Source of the DNA: Octopus vulgaris | Taxonomy: Eukaryota | Direction: 5' to 3' | Assembly (NCBI GenBank): GCA_951406725.2 | Contig: OX597830.1 | Span: 30,938,001-31,002,000, forward strand | Length of the DNA stretch: 64,000 nucleotides | Part shown: positions 37,734 to 53,964 of the stretch, piece by piece | Layout: every line of letters starts with the position of its first letter | Position numbering within the stretch: position 1 is the stretch's first letter | The notes under the pieces: model-generated | The model's input: only the letters and a program-made list of their open reading frames with translations | What the model was told of the DNA's origin: nothing | The model's database searches: none | Program-made: the position numbers and the translations under genes

Positions 37734-39029
37734 ACAAAATAAATAATAATAATAATGATGATGATGATGATGATGATGATGATAATATCAACAACAAATA
37801 TTCAGTATGTCCAGATAAGGTTGGCAAAGAGATTTAATCTAAAAGTCAGAGAGAAGGTGGAAGGATGAGTGAAAAAAAAAAAGGAAACAAGTCACTTCAA
37901 TATTTAAACTTCCCCCATGCTCCACTTCCTCATCAACCATTCCTACAACCATCACCACCACCACCACCACCACTTAAGATTTAGTTCTCTTGCCATTAGT
38001 GTTTGGGGGGTCTAACAAGGACAGTTGTCCACCCCACCGCACCCCATCTCGCCCAGCACACTAGCCTTCTATACTCATTACCACTAGGACCACTTCCAGT
38101 TATATCACACATGCAGACTCCTCCAATTTCAAATACACAATGCTGCCGATGCTCCCGCCCACTCCACCACCGCTAAAATCTTATTTGCATAAAATTCAAA
38201 CAATAACAAAGAAACAAAAATATTAATCCAATTGCGTAGAATTTTTGCAAAACGGCTTCATTATCACGTACACATATATACAAAAGGGTGGTAGGAAAAT
38301 GAATGCACACACACACACATGCACACATACACACACATGTATGCATACAGATTCACGAAATCCTGCTGTCATTCACACTTCTGCATGCAACATGCACACA
38401 CACACACACAAATAGGGAAACGCATTGCATATATCCAAATATATTAAAAGGAAAACAAAACACTTGCCTATGTAACTGCATAGCATATGCAAAACACTAG
38501 ACAGAGTGCATGTCTTGCACGTTTGTCTCTGTGTATGTATGCATATATTTCATAGTATTTAGCCTTATGCCTTTACATTCAATATTTAAAAGCATCAGAT
38601 ATGCATGCATGGCAGTCAATAAATAACAGCTATTTTCCCAGTCCCCAGGATCATACAAATTGATGATCTTGATATTCACTACAAGGATACAGTTCACGAA
38701 AAAGATATCCGTTGGTAAGACCACCAACTTGAAAAGGTAAAAATGTTGAATGTAATGATTAGAATATTGTGATAGGGCTCACAAGGCTAACTAACCTTCC
38801 ACTTTGGCAAGGAGAAATAGCCCTAAAACGTCTGTTGTATTTATAACCAATTAAATCTTTAAATCCCTGTTCCATTCATTTGTCCATATCCCCTTGCCAA
38901 CTCTTCTCTGTACTCTCTTCCGCTCTTCCGTTTACACACACACACACACACACACACAGACTAGTCTTTACCAACCTGATCAGAACATTGAAGAGTGGCA
39001 AGCAACTATGCTAGTAGTACCCCTTTCTT

Positions 39030-39588
39030 TGTTATCATCATCATCATCATCATCATCGTAATTACCACCATCATTACTACCATCATCACCATTGTCATCA
39101 TCATCATCATCATCCTTCTCATTAATCACTCCTTTTATCATTAATCACAACAACAACAACAACGTCCCTCACACCCAACACAAATTATTAAAACTGCCAT
39201 TGTTACAGCTGAGATTATTATTTCTTGTTTTTTAATTATTGTGATTATTTTTCCTCATCACAGCTACCACCACAGTCACCACTACCAATTGGTGGTATTA
39301 GGCAACCTCTACTACCACTACTACTACCACCACCACCACCACCACCTCTATATCTCCTATCACCACCCCTTCACCTCTGCTGTTACTATTACAACTCCTA
39401 CCACCACCTTTTACAACTACTTATCATTGTACCCTCATCATCATCATCATCAACACCACCAACACCACAAATGTCATTATTGTCATTACCACCACCACCA
39501 CCATCATCATCAGTCTAATAATTATGACTACCACACCCATTTCCATCCCATCTTCCACTTACTTCCCCACCCCACAACACTCCAACAT

Positions 39589-39640
<52 letters not shown>

Positions 39641-39665
39641 GCCACTACTGCAATCATTACCACTA
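39030..39665. repeat. Compound trinucleotide tract (CAT/CAC/CTA)n
   Basis: Directly visible, e.g. (CTA)n at 39588-39640; similar tracts at 46191-46250, 47510-47595 and 53660-53962. Confidence 0.9.
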
Positions 39666-42600
39666 ACACTAAAAACTTATAATTGTCATCATATTTCCAT
39701 TACTTTTCAGGAATGGGAAGAAGTGGGGGAGGTGGACGGTAGGTGGGTGGGTGTATATGTTAGTAGTAGTCATCATTATCATCACCATCACCCTGAGCTA
39801 CCACTACCACCAATATCACCATCGCCACCCTAGTGTCATTATCAGTTTTCTCTGTCAGTAGCTACAGAAATATGAGCTGACAATTAGACTTAACAAAATG
39901 CTAACAGAAAGTGAAGAAAAACTTTCCTCCTTGTCAACTCTGATTAGGTTGTGTGAGTGTGTACATGTGTGTGTGTGTGTGTATGTGTGAGTGGGGAATA
40001 TATAGACAGACAGACAAACAGACAGATAGATAGCTAGAAAGATACATAAAAGCACAAAACATTCACACAGATTGATAAGATATGGAATAGAGAAGGAAAG
40101 AGGTCTCCCAGAATCTTGGTTATGCCTAACTCAATCTTAAAGAGTTTCAAAACTCTGCCTGCTTTCCCCCACTTTACAAGGTTCCCTTAGAGATAGTAAA
40201 GCCTCAGTTTCAACACCTTACATTGGTTTAGTCATTGCCATGATTTTTGTTTAGGGTGAAGGGGTCTTCTACACTGTCCCTCACACTTTCTCTTTCTCAC
40301 TCATTCAACATTTCATCACTTCACCTCTCACCTCTTCTGAGGGCTATGGCTTTCTTTTTAAAGATGTATTACATGATATTTCTCCTTGGTTGTGGTCACT
40401 GCCCCCTCCTGCAAACATGCCTTATCTTGTCCACCTTTCATTGAATCTTATTGTACAGCAGGCAAAGCGATGTAACTGAATGACTAACCAAAAGTTGTTA
40501 ATTAATTGAAATTTTTCATCTCAATTAGAGAAAGCAAACAAAAACCTAGCAGTAATTGTCAATAACTCAAGAAAAGGAGGGGAGATAATTTCAAGAACTA
40601 AGGAATAAATTTCACAAAACTATTCGTTTACATGCTTTTACTGTGTACCGTAGAACTGGAAACAAACAGTCTTACAAATACTACAAAGTTTTCATTTATT
40701 TTTATGAATATTACATAACAGCCTTCATATGGGACCAATCATTAGTCATACTAACACAAATATACCATTAAAGCAAAGTCACACTGAACAATTTTGATTT
40801 AATTAAAAAAAAAAATCAGATAAAAGTACAAAGGTGCAGGCTCAGAAAAAATTCCTTAATTAATAAATTGATTAATTAGTCTCACTGTCTATTCATGCAC
40901 TTATCAACTTTAATGATTTGCTAAAGCGTTTGAATACATAAAAATTAACTACAAAGCTGGTGTCCTCTGCACTGCATTCCACTCTACTGTTACCATGCTA
41001 ACTTGAGGAGATCAAATGGGAAATATAATGCTGTATACTTGCTAACACTTCACAGTGGGGAAAACTGTGAAAGAGAGGAGGGGATGGTATCTAGGTAGAC
41101 AGTAGTTAAAAAGGTGGGAAGAGAGATCCCAAAATGAAATAAAGGGAGAAAGGGGTGTCAGGAGAGAGAGAGGCTAATTAAAGAGAATGCGGTGTTGGTA
41201 GTAGTAGGTAGTGATTTTAGGTAGTTATATAGGAGAAGTGTAAGGGAATCTAGGTTGGGAGTACAAGTGGTCCATGGTGGTGGTTGTGGTGGTGATATTA
41301 CTGCTGCTGCTGATGTGTAGGAATGGAACAAACCACTTGGTCACTCACTAGCTTCATTTTCTAAAGACACACCTGGATTGTTTAATTGAAGAGAAAAGGA
41401 AGTAGGTAGAGGGTTAGAAGAGGGTGCCAGGTGGTGGTGATGGTGTTAGAGGAGGAGGAGGAGGAAGAAAGAGAATGGAACAATGAACAAAAAAAAAAAC
41501 AACCAGAATGTGGGCAATGAAGAAAGTAGTAATTAAATCTTCAACTACTCAGCCAGAGGCTGTGTGTGTGTGTGAGTGTGTGTATACACTCATGCATGTG
41601 TGCATGTGCATATGTGCATAAATTTGTATATGTGCACACTGTACAGAAGGCACTAGAACATTCCAGTTTCTGATCAGTACCAGAAAACAAAATTATAAAC
41701 AAAAAAAACCCCAAAACAAGTCCATGCATTTAACATGAAACACACACACAAGTACACATACACTCTGTCTCTCTATTTCTCTACCACCCAAAACCCAGTT
41801 TGTGGGTGGCAGAGGCTGAAATGTTACTGAACAGAAGGAACAGACAGTTTTACAACTTTTGTGCTTTCAGCAACCATGTGCACTCTTAACTAGGAATAGA
41901 AGCTAAACCAGAACACCTCTGTGTTATATTAACATTGGGCTCCTCTGAATTAATTTAACAAGTGAGGTTCAACTCACAATGGCGGAGCAGCGTTTCAATT
42001 AACTAAATAAATCCCAGTACATTGGTGTTAGGAGCACCTTGCAAAATTGAAAAAAGTGCTCAATTCAATCTTGAGTCAGAAGTGCACAAAGACTATTGCA
42101 TGTTACATGAGTGCATGTGTGACCCCAACTCCCAATCATTGCTACTAAAACAAAATATATTCCACATCATTTAGGTCTGAGTTAACATACTTAATGGAAG
42201 AAAAGGTTAACCGTTCAGGACAGTTGTGGAAGACAACTCTAGATATGTTTTAGTCTTATTCAGACATCATCAACTCCAGAGTATTTGTGGTGTAGTGTTG
42301 GTATCAACAGCCAGCATTGTTTCATTACACTACTATAATCACACTAACTCTAATTTTTCTTACTCTTTTTTTTAAGAAGGTGCTGTGAGATTTGAAAGAA
42401 ATTTGTTTGCTATTTCCAACAGGTCACATAGGTGATTATATACAAAACATGTTCCTTTGTTGGTTGTGTTATTGTTGGTGGTTAGTGGTGATATTACCTC
42501 TAGTGGTGGGAAAATCATCATGTTGATTTACTGTTGCAATTAATAATAGTCAACTAGATTCTTAGTAATAGCTCTTGAGGAGGATCAACAATCTGTATAT

Positions 42601-45089
42601 GTGTTTATGTTGTAGACATGGATGTATTTGTTGTGCAGAGCATGTATGTATGAAACCTGGTCAGACACTAACTGTAAAGTACTTTTTACTGCCATAACAC
42701 ACACCAACAACTAAGTATATAGCTAGAACTCAATTTCCAGTCTCTCCAGCCTGCAACATACCATGCTCAGTTCTTGCATCTGATCAACCAGCCAACTAAT
42801 TATTTAATCTGTCAAGCAATCAGTCAAATAACTGACCTGGATGCAGTCTATGTTGTTGGCCTCAGCGTCTACCAGCTCATTAGGGTAGGTAGGTAAGTGA
42901 TAGTACAGACAGTTGACAGCTAGACTGGACTTCATACTTTAATACACTTGCTTAAAGTTCCTTGAATATAATGAATAATAATAAACCCCTTCCCATAGCA
43001 AAGCAAATGCTGGATCGCTTTAAGTCATCAAATCTCACAGACCAAATAGAAAAATGATCTATTGAATATTAGTTATGCTGAACTAAGGCACTCAAATCTA
43101 CAGCATTTTAGTATGTACTGGAGCAATACACTTGATTCAGCACTGATTTTGTTTACCTGTAACATCAAAAGAAATCACCGTGAGATCTGTGAATGTTACC
43201 TGGGTGGGAAACTGATTTGAAATCAAAGTAAAGGATACACATACAAGAGTACTCAGGACTTGGAAAACATTTACATAAACTCATCTTTTGAGTGTGTGTA
43301 CATATATGTGTATGTGTGTATGTACACACACACAACATCCAAGCAAGCATTTGCATTTTCTTGTTTACGCATATCTACATAATTTATATCCATTTTCTCA
43401 AGCTAAGTGTGAATGTGAAAGGACTGTTGCAGCAATTGTTTTTAACATCTTGATTCCCCCTTATCATCACCATGAGGTAGCAAATGCTTAAATTTATATC
43501 TTACTCAGGTGCACAATAAAATACCTGTAGTGAGTTTGAAATTGTGCCATGCTTTAACCCTAGTAGCCTCTAAATATTTAAGTATCAGAGTATGTGTGTG
43601 TGTATTTGTATGTATGTGTGCGCTTGGTAATATGATATGTCTTTTATGTGGTGGTATTTTGAGGAGATTATATCCACATTTCCACAGAAAACAAAAGTTC
43701 AGCTACATTAAACAGATGGAATGTTTGGCCAGGACTTTAATTATATGGTGAAAACAAAAAACGCAGGTGAGGCTCAAAAACCATCACACTCCCTTTCTCT
43801 TCCTCTCTCTTTTCCTCTCTATCCCACTCACTCACTCGCACACATCAATCACTTCCTATGCATTTCTTAGTGACATGTGGTTTGCTTAGCCCCCAATCAT
43901 AAAAAATGATTAATCCCACCCTGCCCCATTTTAATTTAGCCCACCTACAAATCCCGACAAAGCATCTTTCATAAGAAAATTTCAAGTTTACACACACACA
44001 CAATGAAATTGTTAGAGAGACCTTAACATGTCATTGGGTTACAGCATAGATTCCTCAAGAAGTCATCATGTCAGAAGATTTCAAATATAGAAATCTCAAG
44101 TATAAAGAGTAAATGGAAGGAGAATTAGTTCAACAAGAAATCAAACATATTTCACGCCCACAGGTTGCAAAAACCTTAATCTCTCTCTCTCTCTGTTCTT
44201 GTATCTCCCACTTGTTTAGCATTACAAAAATTGAAGATCATCAGTCCTGTTGTTGTCACTTAATCCCGGATCAACTCTCATTGTGTACACCTTTCATCAG
44301 ACCATAACTGTCTTGTAGTTTTTCTTTTAATCAAACATAGAGTAAGTCAATCTAGAACTTCATCATCTAATTGTGACCCTTTTAATTTTTAAAATGGTAA
44401 AGTGTAATTAGAGAAAAATTTAACAGCTATATCTAAAGGGATTAAGCAATTCACCTAGAGATTGCCAGGTTATCTAACCAGTCCTATGAAGAGTTATGCA
44501 GGAGAAAGGAAGAGCTAGTGTGACTGAGATGGAAACAGACAGTTTGTTGATATTAAAAACACGTTTCAAAGGTAGATTCCCAAATGCTGCAGGTGACAAT
44601 TTTTACTAATTGTGGTAATTATATAGTTAGATGTGCTTTAAATGCAAGTATTGAGAGTTGGTGGCGAAGAGTGAAGAAATAGAGAAAGAAAAAGGGTTTT
44701 GGTCCACAAAACATTATGAACTTACGACTATGAATTTGAACACACACACACACACATTCTCACATATCAAGATTGTGTAGAAAAAAAGAAAGGAATAAGC
44801 AATCATCAACATAACCCAAAGTAAAAAAAAAAATACGTTGACCTACAAAGACAGACAGGTAGTTAAAAATATAGAATTAAAATTAAACACAAACACACAG
44901 AAACAAACAAACATGTTTTGTATTTTAAACTACAGCAAGAGTCATGCTAAAGCTCGTATTTATTGTTGTCGTTGTTGGTGTTACAACTGTTATTTTTGTT
45001 GCTGTTGTTTATCTTAACTATATAGAAAGCAACAGAAACACTAACTGAAGCGAAAAGCTTTTGTGTGAGTGATTATGTGTGCATAGGCT

Positions 45090-45120
<31 letters not shown>

Positions 45121-45899
45121 GCATAGGTGGTGGTGGGGATAGAGAGAAAGAGAGGGGAGGTGGATATTGTAGAGAAAACTAAATTAAATATTGACGAAGA
45201 TACGAATGAGACATTTTAATTAAGCCTAATTATAAAACGTGACTTTTATGCAAATACAGAGGCAGGAATATATTGAAAACAAACACAAAACAGGGGAAAT
45301 AATAAATGGTGAAAATGATGTTGATGATGACGATGACGACAGTGGTGGTGGTGATGGTGATGGTGATGATGATTTTTCCTTTCTTTATTATTGCCACAAG
45401 GGTGATGAATGAGGGGACATTGCAAGGAGAGATCAGTAAAACTGAGGTTTTGCAGAATCAATTATGGAAAAGAACAGGCATGAAATACAAAAGGAATGAA
45501 AGGAAAGGGCCAATCAAGGAGCCTGACAAACACAGGGTTACTCTATCTACCAAGGGCAACTTCAGTCTCTCAACTGTGTTCCATTCATGCAAACCATTCT
45601 CCTCACTCTCACCTACCTCTAAGCAGACACACAGGAGAGAGAAATACCTCTTTCACTCTCTCTCTCTCTCCCTCTCCACCCTCATTTTCCTCTCTAAGTG
45701 GATCCTGAAAAAAAATTGACAAGGGTTTGACTAAAGAGGTAAGTCCTTTCATACATGCATACAATTTTTTTCACCAATGCCACCTTGGCAGAAAAAAAAA
45801 AAAGCTCTTCAAACCAAAGGAAGGGAGCAAAGCTGATAGATGGATCTGATCCAGATGTGACAACAGCCACCAAATCTAATTCTACTGATCAGCTATGTT

Positions 45900-46189
45900 C
45901 AGAAATTGAATGAGATCCTGGAGAAGGTTTTAGCATCTGCCACCTTCAATCTGAGATCACTGCTAAGCCAAGGATTTTTGGAAGTTGTCCACAGTCCTCT
46001 ACAAGAAAACCATCCAGAATAGGATATTTGGCTGATCCATGTGGACTCCCAGTGTCTTCCCAAATCACTGTCGCTCCTGCCCAACACTAGATCTTTATAG
46101 ACACAAAAGTTGACATAGTACCAGCAGCATTGCCAAACAGGTTGAGAACTGTAGGTGCCTGACAACAGTCTAAATATCAATAATAACAC

Positions 46190-46190
<1 letters not shown>
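45900..46190 (-). mobile_element. Possible RTE-like LINE C-terminal remnant next to (TAA)n
   Basis: LGRHWESTWISQI..LWTTSKNPWL..DLR loosely resembles the GRPxxTW...W..A.DR..WR end of RTE-type ORFs; weak. Confidence 0.3.
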
Positions 46191-46238
<48 letters not shown>

Positions 46239-46777
46239 TAGTAATAATAATGGAATGAGAAAAAAAAAAGATTAAAAAATACAAAATAAAATAAAAGTAA
46301 TTAAATTTATGTTGTTTTCATTAAATAATAAAGCCTTAATTGTATTGATTTTTTCCAGTGGTGGCGGGGGAAGTGAAGATGGAATATCACAGTATACTTA
46401 TATGGTGGCACAGGCAATTAACAAGGATAAACATACACACAATACACATATAAATATATAAACACACACATACAAGCATCTTATTTGTTAATCCTCTTTT
46501 TAAAAACGTACTTTGTTATTAATTAAACAGACAGACAGAGACACACAAACGTATATATATGACACATATGCACACACACACCATGGTACAAGGACAAATA
46601 GCATTTTGAGTTCTCTACAGAACAGAGTTTCGTTGACAATCACTAGTTACTTAGTATTCGTACCATTTTACTTGTTTTTTTTTTACCATATCACTTGGGA
46701 CTAGTACAATATAAAAAGTACCCACCAACAAACTTGCCTCTGTCCCTAATCCTCATTAAACAACACCCTCCAATAGA

Positions 46778-46872
46778 GGCCTCAAATTTTGGCACAAGGC
46801 CACTAATTTTGGGGGAGGGGAAAGTCGATTACATCAACCCCATAGTCAACTGGTACTTATTTTATTGACCTC
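46778..46872 (-). mobile_element. SINE family A 3' fragment
   Basis: aaattttggcacaaggcc..gtcgattacatcaacccc..aactggtacttattttattgacc matches 4210-4295. Confidence 0.7.
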
Positions 46873-47291
46873 AATAATTTTTCTACCTCACTGCCTAATA
46901 GCTCACACACAAATAGTGATACTAAAAAGTTCATGTTTTCATCAATTCTCCACTTTCCCTGTTTTCATCTTAAGGTTAACGAGTCATAAATCTTCATCAA
47001 TAATAACGAAAATTATCAGAGAAATATCAGCCCCCAAAACTCCTTTAGATTACATCTTGCCATCTTAAAAAGGGAAGGGTATAACTGATGTGGTGTTAAT
47101 AAGGATGGGAAAAGACAAGGTGGTCACGTCTGGAGTACCTCTGAAGCAAAACCTGTTTAGTCTGTGCAGACCTGGTGTTAAACAACAACAAGAATAGCCT
47201 TACTGTTTTTTTCTCCATTCACCACAACAAGCCAACTGCTCCACCTCATATACAAACAAAAATGCATGATCTAATTACACACACATACACA

Positions 47292-47358
<67 letters not shown>

Positions 47359-50300
47359 GTATATGCTTTGAGCATGTGTAATTAAATGTCCACAAAACCA
47401 GACTGATTAGGAAATCTCAGCGACAGACAAACAGACAAGATGGCTAGCTACTGCTACCACCAGCTCTACAACTATTATAATAGTCATGAGCATTACCAAC
47501 CATGGTACAACCACCACCACCACCACCACCACCACCACCACCACCACCAACATTACCAAGAACACCCCCCCCCACCACCACCATCACCATCACCGCCATT
47601 AATGCTGCCAAACTACAGGCCAAACTGATGTAGAGATTTGTCGGTTTAATTAAAAGGAATCAACACAAAATAAATTAGCAATACTAATTAGCAGAAACAA
47701 AACGGAAGATTTTAGAAAATTAAAAATAAAACGGGAAAAAGAGATAGGATATTATCTAATAGAGTCTTGATAAAGGATGTTTGTGTACGTTCTACACTAA
47801 ATATATGCATAAATATACATGAACGCACATATATACATACACAGATGTACATGCAGATAGGTTCATGAGTATATACACATATACATGTGTAAATGCTGAT
47901 GGATGGACATGCACACACAAACACACAAATTAACATACATGTGATTAAATCTTGTTTTCCTCTGTATATGTGTATGAAAGTGTGTGTGTATGTGTGTGTG
48001 TACATCCACCCATACACACAGGCATCAGCTCAAGTTAATTCTGTTCTTCCTGTTCCTATCACTGGCATGCAACACACACACACAGCCAGCCACACCACAT
48101 ACAAACACAGACGCAATGCATACACATGCCGATGCTCTCTCTCTCTCTCTCTCTCAACAGACACATCATGAAGACAAGCAATATGGCTGATAATGACAAC
48201 AACATGAATGACAACAGCAAGCAAGAATTTGCTGCCCACCCTGTCATGGGAGAATAGAAACAAACTATTATAAAATAACTGCTTAACTATTAGTTGGGCC
48301 CTGTAGGTTGTAAGAACACTAGTGTTTCAGAGGGTGTGGGGTAAATAAAGGCTGAGGAAGTTTTGGAATCACTCAAGTCCTTAACATCTTAATGTTGTTG
48401 TCTTACTTCTTCCTTGCTCAGAGTTAGAACTCAAAATACTGAAGTTGCTGTACATTTGAAAGGGTTAATGAAAGATTTTGCTTTTAAGAATGCAAGATGT
48501 GTTTAGTTAAAATAAACCAAATTATTGCACCTAGTCTTATGGCAAAAATGAAAATTTAAACATCATAATTATCATTGTTATTTTGAATGACAGAGGTGGT
48601 AGAGTGTCAAGCTAATTGGCTAGTGATCTATTTGATGTCAACTGAACCATTTATTGCAGGTGTTCAAAGTTGAAGGGTGGACACAGCTGACTCTCACAAC
48701 ATTCATGGTTTGCTTCTTAAATGACATGAGATTTCCTGGAGTGATAATAAGTATAGTGGAGGTACAGAAAAGTCAGAAAGCGTAACGTTTAAACTCTGTC
48801 CATGAACACCACCAATGGAAACATTAGTGAGTTACCTGAGATGAAAGAGAAGTCTCCATGCAGGAATATGACAAAATGAGAAACACAATTGTTTTAAACT
48901 CAGATACAAGAAACAGAATATTTGGTTCAGAGTGGATGAATGAGTAGGTGGAGAATAATATTGTTGGTGTTGTTGTTGTTGTCATCATATCACGACTATG
49001 ATCACAATCACAAATATGAGTTCTCTCTCATTATCAGTACCAGCATCATTATACTTAAACTAGAGCCATAAAAATGATGATAAAAACTATAAAAAAAAAA
49101 AAAACTCCACCCATCACCACTGCTATTAATTGGAAGTATCTACCATCACCACTCTGTCATTAAGGAGCAGCAATTAAATTTACAGAGAATTGGTATGGCT
49201 GCTGCTACTTCATGTAGATGGTAAGAAGTAGAGTAATATCAGGGTAGAAGAAGTTTGGTGGGACCCCAAGTAGTCAAGGGTGTGGCTGACTTCAGTTAGT
49301 ATAAACTCTACTTAGAATGTAAATAAATAATTAACTAACACAGAAGAAAACACAAATGAATCCACACAAACACGCACACATACATAAATCTAAAATAAAA
49401 TCTAAAACAACAGACCTCTAAGAAGTACAACAGGAGACCATGTCAAAAACCATGTACATTGTAATGAGGAAGGGGAAATAATTAACACCAGAACTTATAT
49501 ATGGTTTGAATATAATGAGTAGTAGTGGAAAGGATGGTGGTGGTAGTGGTGGTGGTGGTCTGTTTTGGCATGGCAAAAAGGTTTTTTTTTTCCTTACTCA
49601 GAATAAAGTAGAGCTGATTGTATTCCGCTCTAGTATAAATACTGTTGCTTATTTATCAACTTGTACGCCACCACCGACTCCCACTCCACATCAAAGGGAT
49701 CGAGTGAAAGATAAAGCCAAATCAAGATTGTGAATGTAGATATTCTAACAACACGTTTTCGCGAAGAATTTTTTGGGGTAAGTGATCCAAAATATCTGGA
49801 TAAAAGTTTCTAGAAACTTCCTGACGATTGTGTTAATGAGTGTTGAATATCAACTTTTCTTGCATTCTAAGTAAAATACGGTACGGTCAAATGACATACA
49901 TCGATGTCATCTTTTCAACAAAACTAGTCTTCTACTTATACATGTCTTTTGCAGGGGTAATATGTAAGTTGTCCTTGTGGAAGATTATAGAGGAAAAGAT
50001 TATGCAATATGTTGGGCAAGTACTGACATCACAGGGTTGTGTGTAAAGTGTGTGTGTTTGTGTGGCATCCAGTTATCTTAGTTATATACTTGTCTACATC
50101 TTATGACATGTGCACGGACATACAATAACATAAGAATATAAGCATAGAAAAAGAGAAATATACCAATCGAAACACAATGAAGATTAGCACATAAAAAAAA
50201 ACCCAACAAAGTTAATAAGGTGATGAAGAATTTGTATAATTTTAGTAGTAATTTATCTCATGGATTATAAACATGACAAAGAATACCTCAAGAGTGGTAC

Positions 50301-50555
50301 ACCAAAGTATGCAAGAATTAATAAGTATAATTGTTGTTGTTGTTGTTGTTGTTGTACATCCCTAGTCAGCTGCTAAGTAGATGATCAAAGAAGCATTCTG
50401 CCTACAAACTATCCATCTTTACACAATCAGCTACGCTGTTATTTGTATTTATTAAGTTCATTATTGTGCATGCATGCTGTCCATAGATTTAGGATTTAAA
50501 ATAAAATTATTTGTCCCTCCATTCCCTGGTTTTAAGGACACAAGGAGTTTGATAA

Positions 50556-50586
<31 letters not shown>

Positions 50587-53225
50587 TCTCTCTCTCACGG
50601 GCTTCAGTTAAGTTCAGTGATGGGTCTACAGAGTGCTAAGACCAAAGCCTCCACTTCCACTCACAGGGAAATAGAGTGGAATTAAAATCAGAACAATGAA
50701 AAACAAGGCAAACAACAAAGAAATAAATAATAAATAAAAACAAAACAAAGCATTATGGGTAATTAATTCAAATTCACTCAACAGCAGCCACATTTTATTT
50801 TATGTTTTCAAGAAAGAAATCTCCTATCTCTGTCTTTTACACCCCTCCTGTTCTTCCCTAACCCCGATCCCTACTACTGCCTTTCTGGAGAACAATGTGG
50901 GTTGGGAAGGGGTTCAGGGATGTGGAGGAGAGCTTTTGGAGGGCAAGAGAAAAGGGATAAGTGAAGGGTTTCAATATGTGAAGGTGATAGGGGTGGTTGG
51001 TAGCAGTTAGCAGTAATGCCAATAGTAATGAGGTTGATGGTGATAGTGATGATGGTGGTGATAATGATGCCACAGCCACTGGATGGCAACAACAGCCAAA
51101 TTACAATTCCCATCAACACCACTACCACCACCATCACATAGAACCATGTTCTCCTTCTCCTCCTCATCATCATCATCAACAACAACAACAGCACAAGAAT
51201 AATCAGTGAAGCCAGCCAACATCCCTCCTGCCTCAGTGCCCCACTGTCTTCCAATCCTATACTTAATTATTTACCCCTCCACACACCCATTCATCCACCA
51301 CACACATACACACACACACACAAATTTACTTTTCTACTTAAAAATAATATAGAAAGATGGGTAAAGATGGGTGATGGGCTGAGTGCAAAGTAAGGGAGAA
51401 GGTTTCAAGCTTGAGAGGCATAGAAGTGTGGTGGAAGAAAGAAAGAGAGAGTCTAATAGATGAGAGGGGGTGTTGAGAAGAGAAAGCTTAACAAATAATA
51501 AATAAATACAATATAACAATAAAAAAAAAAAATTCACACAACCCCACAAATACACATTCAGAAAAAAGCTCACATACACATTAATATACATGTTCATAAG
51601 GACATTCATACATTCACATGTACAAAGAGCACCCATTTTATTATTTTTAATTAAAATTTTAAGAAATTAAAATCTTCAAAAATAAAAATGTAAAGAAGTT
51701 ACAAAAGTGATAGTGGTCGGGTGGGGAAAGCAACGAAACATCATTATTATGAGAGACAGAGGACTGAAACATCAATTGTTTGCATGAGATGGTTGGCAGC
51801 ATTAGTGACAACTGGCCACAGGCCACACAATTCTGCCCGGTCCTCTCTTAAGATTTCATGATACCAGTGTTGGATACCAACAATATTATTATGTATATTC
51901 TTTATCTGTCTTGTTTCACTTGTCTGACATAGTATAGCGTTTAAGACTTTGCTTGTACAGCTTTGGACATCTTTCTAAATACACAGATAGAAGCTTTCCA
52001 TTTAGTTCTTGTGTCTTTGACCATACTGTCTGCATGTCTTTTACTTCTTTTGAGATACCACTATGCTCTTATTTTTTTTTAATATGTTTCAGCCCAAAGG
52101 CTGTGGCCATGCTGGAGCACTGGACATTTTTTTTTTTCAACCCTAGTATTTGTCTTTTCTAGTATGTTTGTCTGTCGGTAGTTTCAACCTCTTGGTCTGC
52201 CTGTCTGAAAGAGACTTAACTCTAGCATTCAAAATCTTTCCATCAGAGTCTGCCATTTTTTCCCCCAAAGTTAGTTACTTCTTCTGGCTCTGTCTGGGAG
52301 TTATTTCTCCCATTCTTCCCTTTTCACCCTATATGTTTCTTTTTTTAATATTATACTGTCCATCTTTCTATTACTGTCCCTGAATTGTTTTCCTAGTTGT
52401 GCAGCAATGGACATCCTTCTACTATACTAACTTGAAAATGTAGAGGAGAGAGAGAGAGAGAGAGAGAGCAATGAAAGAATGGCAAAGTGAGGTTGAACCA
52501 GTCCCTCTCCCACTGAGGGCTTAAGAAAAACATTGAAAGCTAATTCTTCTTACAAATGGATAGAAGGAATAAAAGTGAACTGTATTACACATACCCAGAC
52601 TTTATAAATATTACATAGTATACTACAGAAGATATGACTTCATTAAGTCCATGTGTGTAGTCAATAAAGGATCAATGTGAATGAAATAAGTAGGGAAAAA
52701 AAATGAGGAGAGTAGTTGAAGGAGAGAATACGTAAGAGTCTGTGAGATGAATAAGAGGACTAACTGAGAAGTAAAGGAATATGGTCAATGACAAAGATGA
52801 TGATGATGATAGTGATAATGATGATGCTGACCATCTGAGGAAGAAAGAGCCATTCTGGAAAAAAAAAAGAAAAAAAAACCTAACAAAAAGCAGGGAACTA
52901 ATGTGCAGGACTGGGACAGAGGCATTGAGAGGAGATAGAATTGATTGGTGTGTGTGTGTGTGTGTGTGTGTGCATGGTAGGGGTAGGTGGTAAGTTGTCA
53001 ATAAACAGACCAATGACTGACTGCATCATCATCAACCCCACCACCACCACCACCACCACCACCACCACCACCACCACCCCTACCATATTTCTAAAAATCA
53101 AACTACCACTCCCACTCTACACACTACCTATTCCCACACCCACAACCACCTTGCCATTGTGAGATCCTCACCTTTGGAAGCATTACCAGAAAATTTGTTT
53201 CATTTACTGTTTGATTGCACCCCAC

Positions 53226-53256
<31 letters not shown>

Positions 53257-53919
53257 TATACTGCTATACAACCATTAAAATCTCCCTACATCACCTTTTT
53301 CTTCTCCTCCTCCTCCTCCCATCACCCTCTCCGCTATCTAATGCTCTTTCACTCTCAACTAAGCCAACCACCCAGCTACCCCCTCTCTCTCTCTCTCTCT
53401 CTCACTGTCTCAGTCTATCTATCTGTCTACCTCTCTTGCCACCCCTTGTATCTGTTGAAGTCAAAATGGATACTTAAAGAGAACAACAGAAGAGACCAAC
53501 AAGACAAAGAACAAGAACGATTTTCGAATTTTTTTCTTTCTTTCCCATTTTGTTTTTCGTTTTGGTAGGGTGGGTGAATGGAGAGGAATGGGAGGTGGGA
53601 GTGTTCCGAATAAATATCTCTTGTCTGTTTCCAAACAAAAACAAAAGTGATTAATTATGCTCATCATCAGCATCAGCATCAACATCACCATCACTGTCAT
53701 CATCATCTGCATCCTCATCATCACCACCACCACCACCACCACTTTCATCATCAAAGACAATCACTATCTATTTGTTATCATAACATGATTGCAATCATAC
53801 TCATCATCATCATCATCCTCATCATCCTCATACACACTAAACACTAACATCATCATCATCATCACAATCATCATCATCATCAACAACAGCTTAACGTTTA
53901 CAATCACAACAGCCATTAC

Positions 53920-53964
<45 letters not shown>

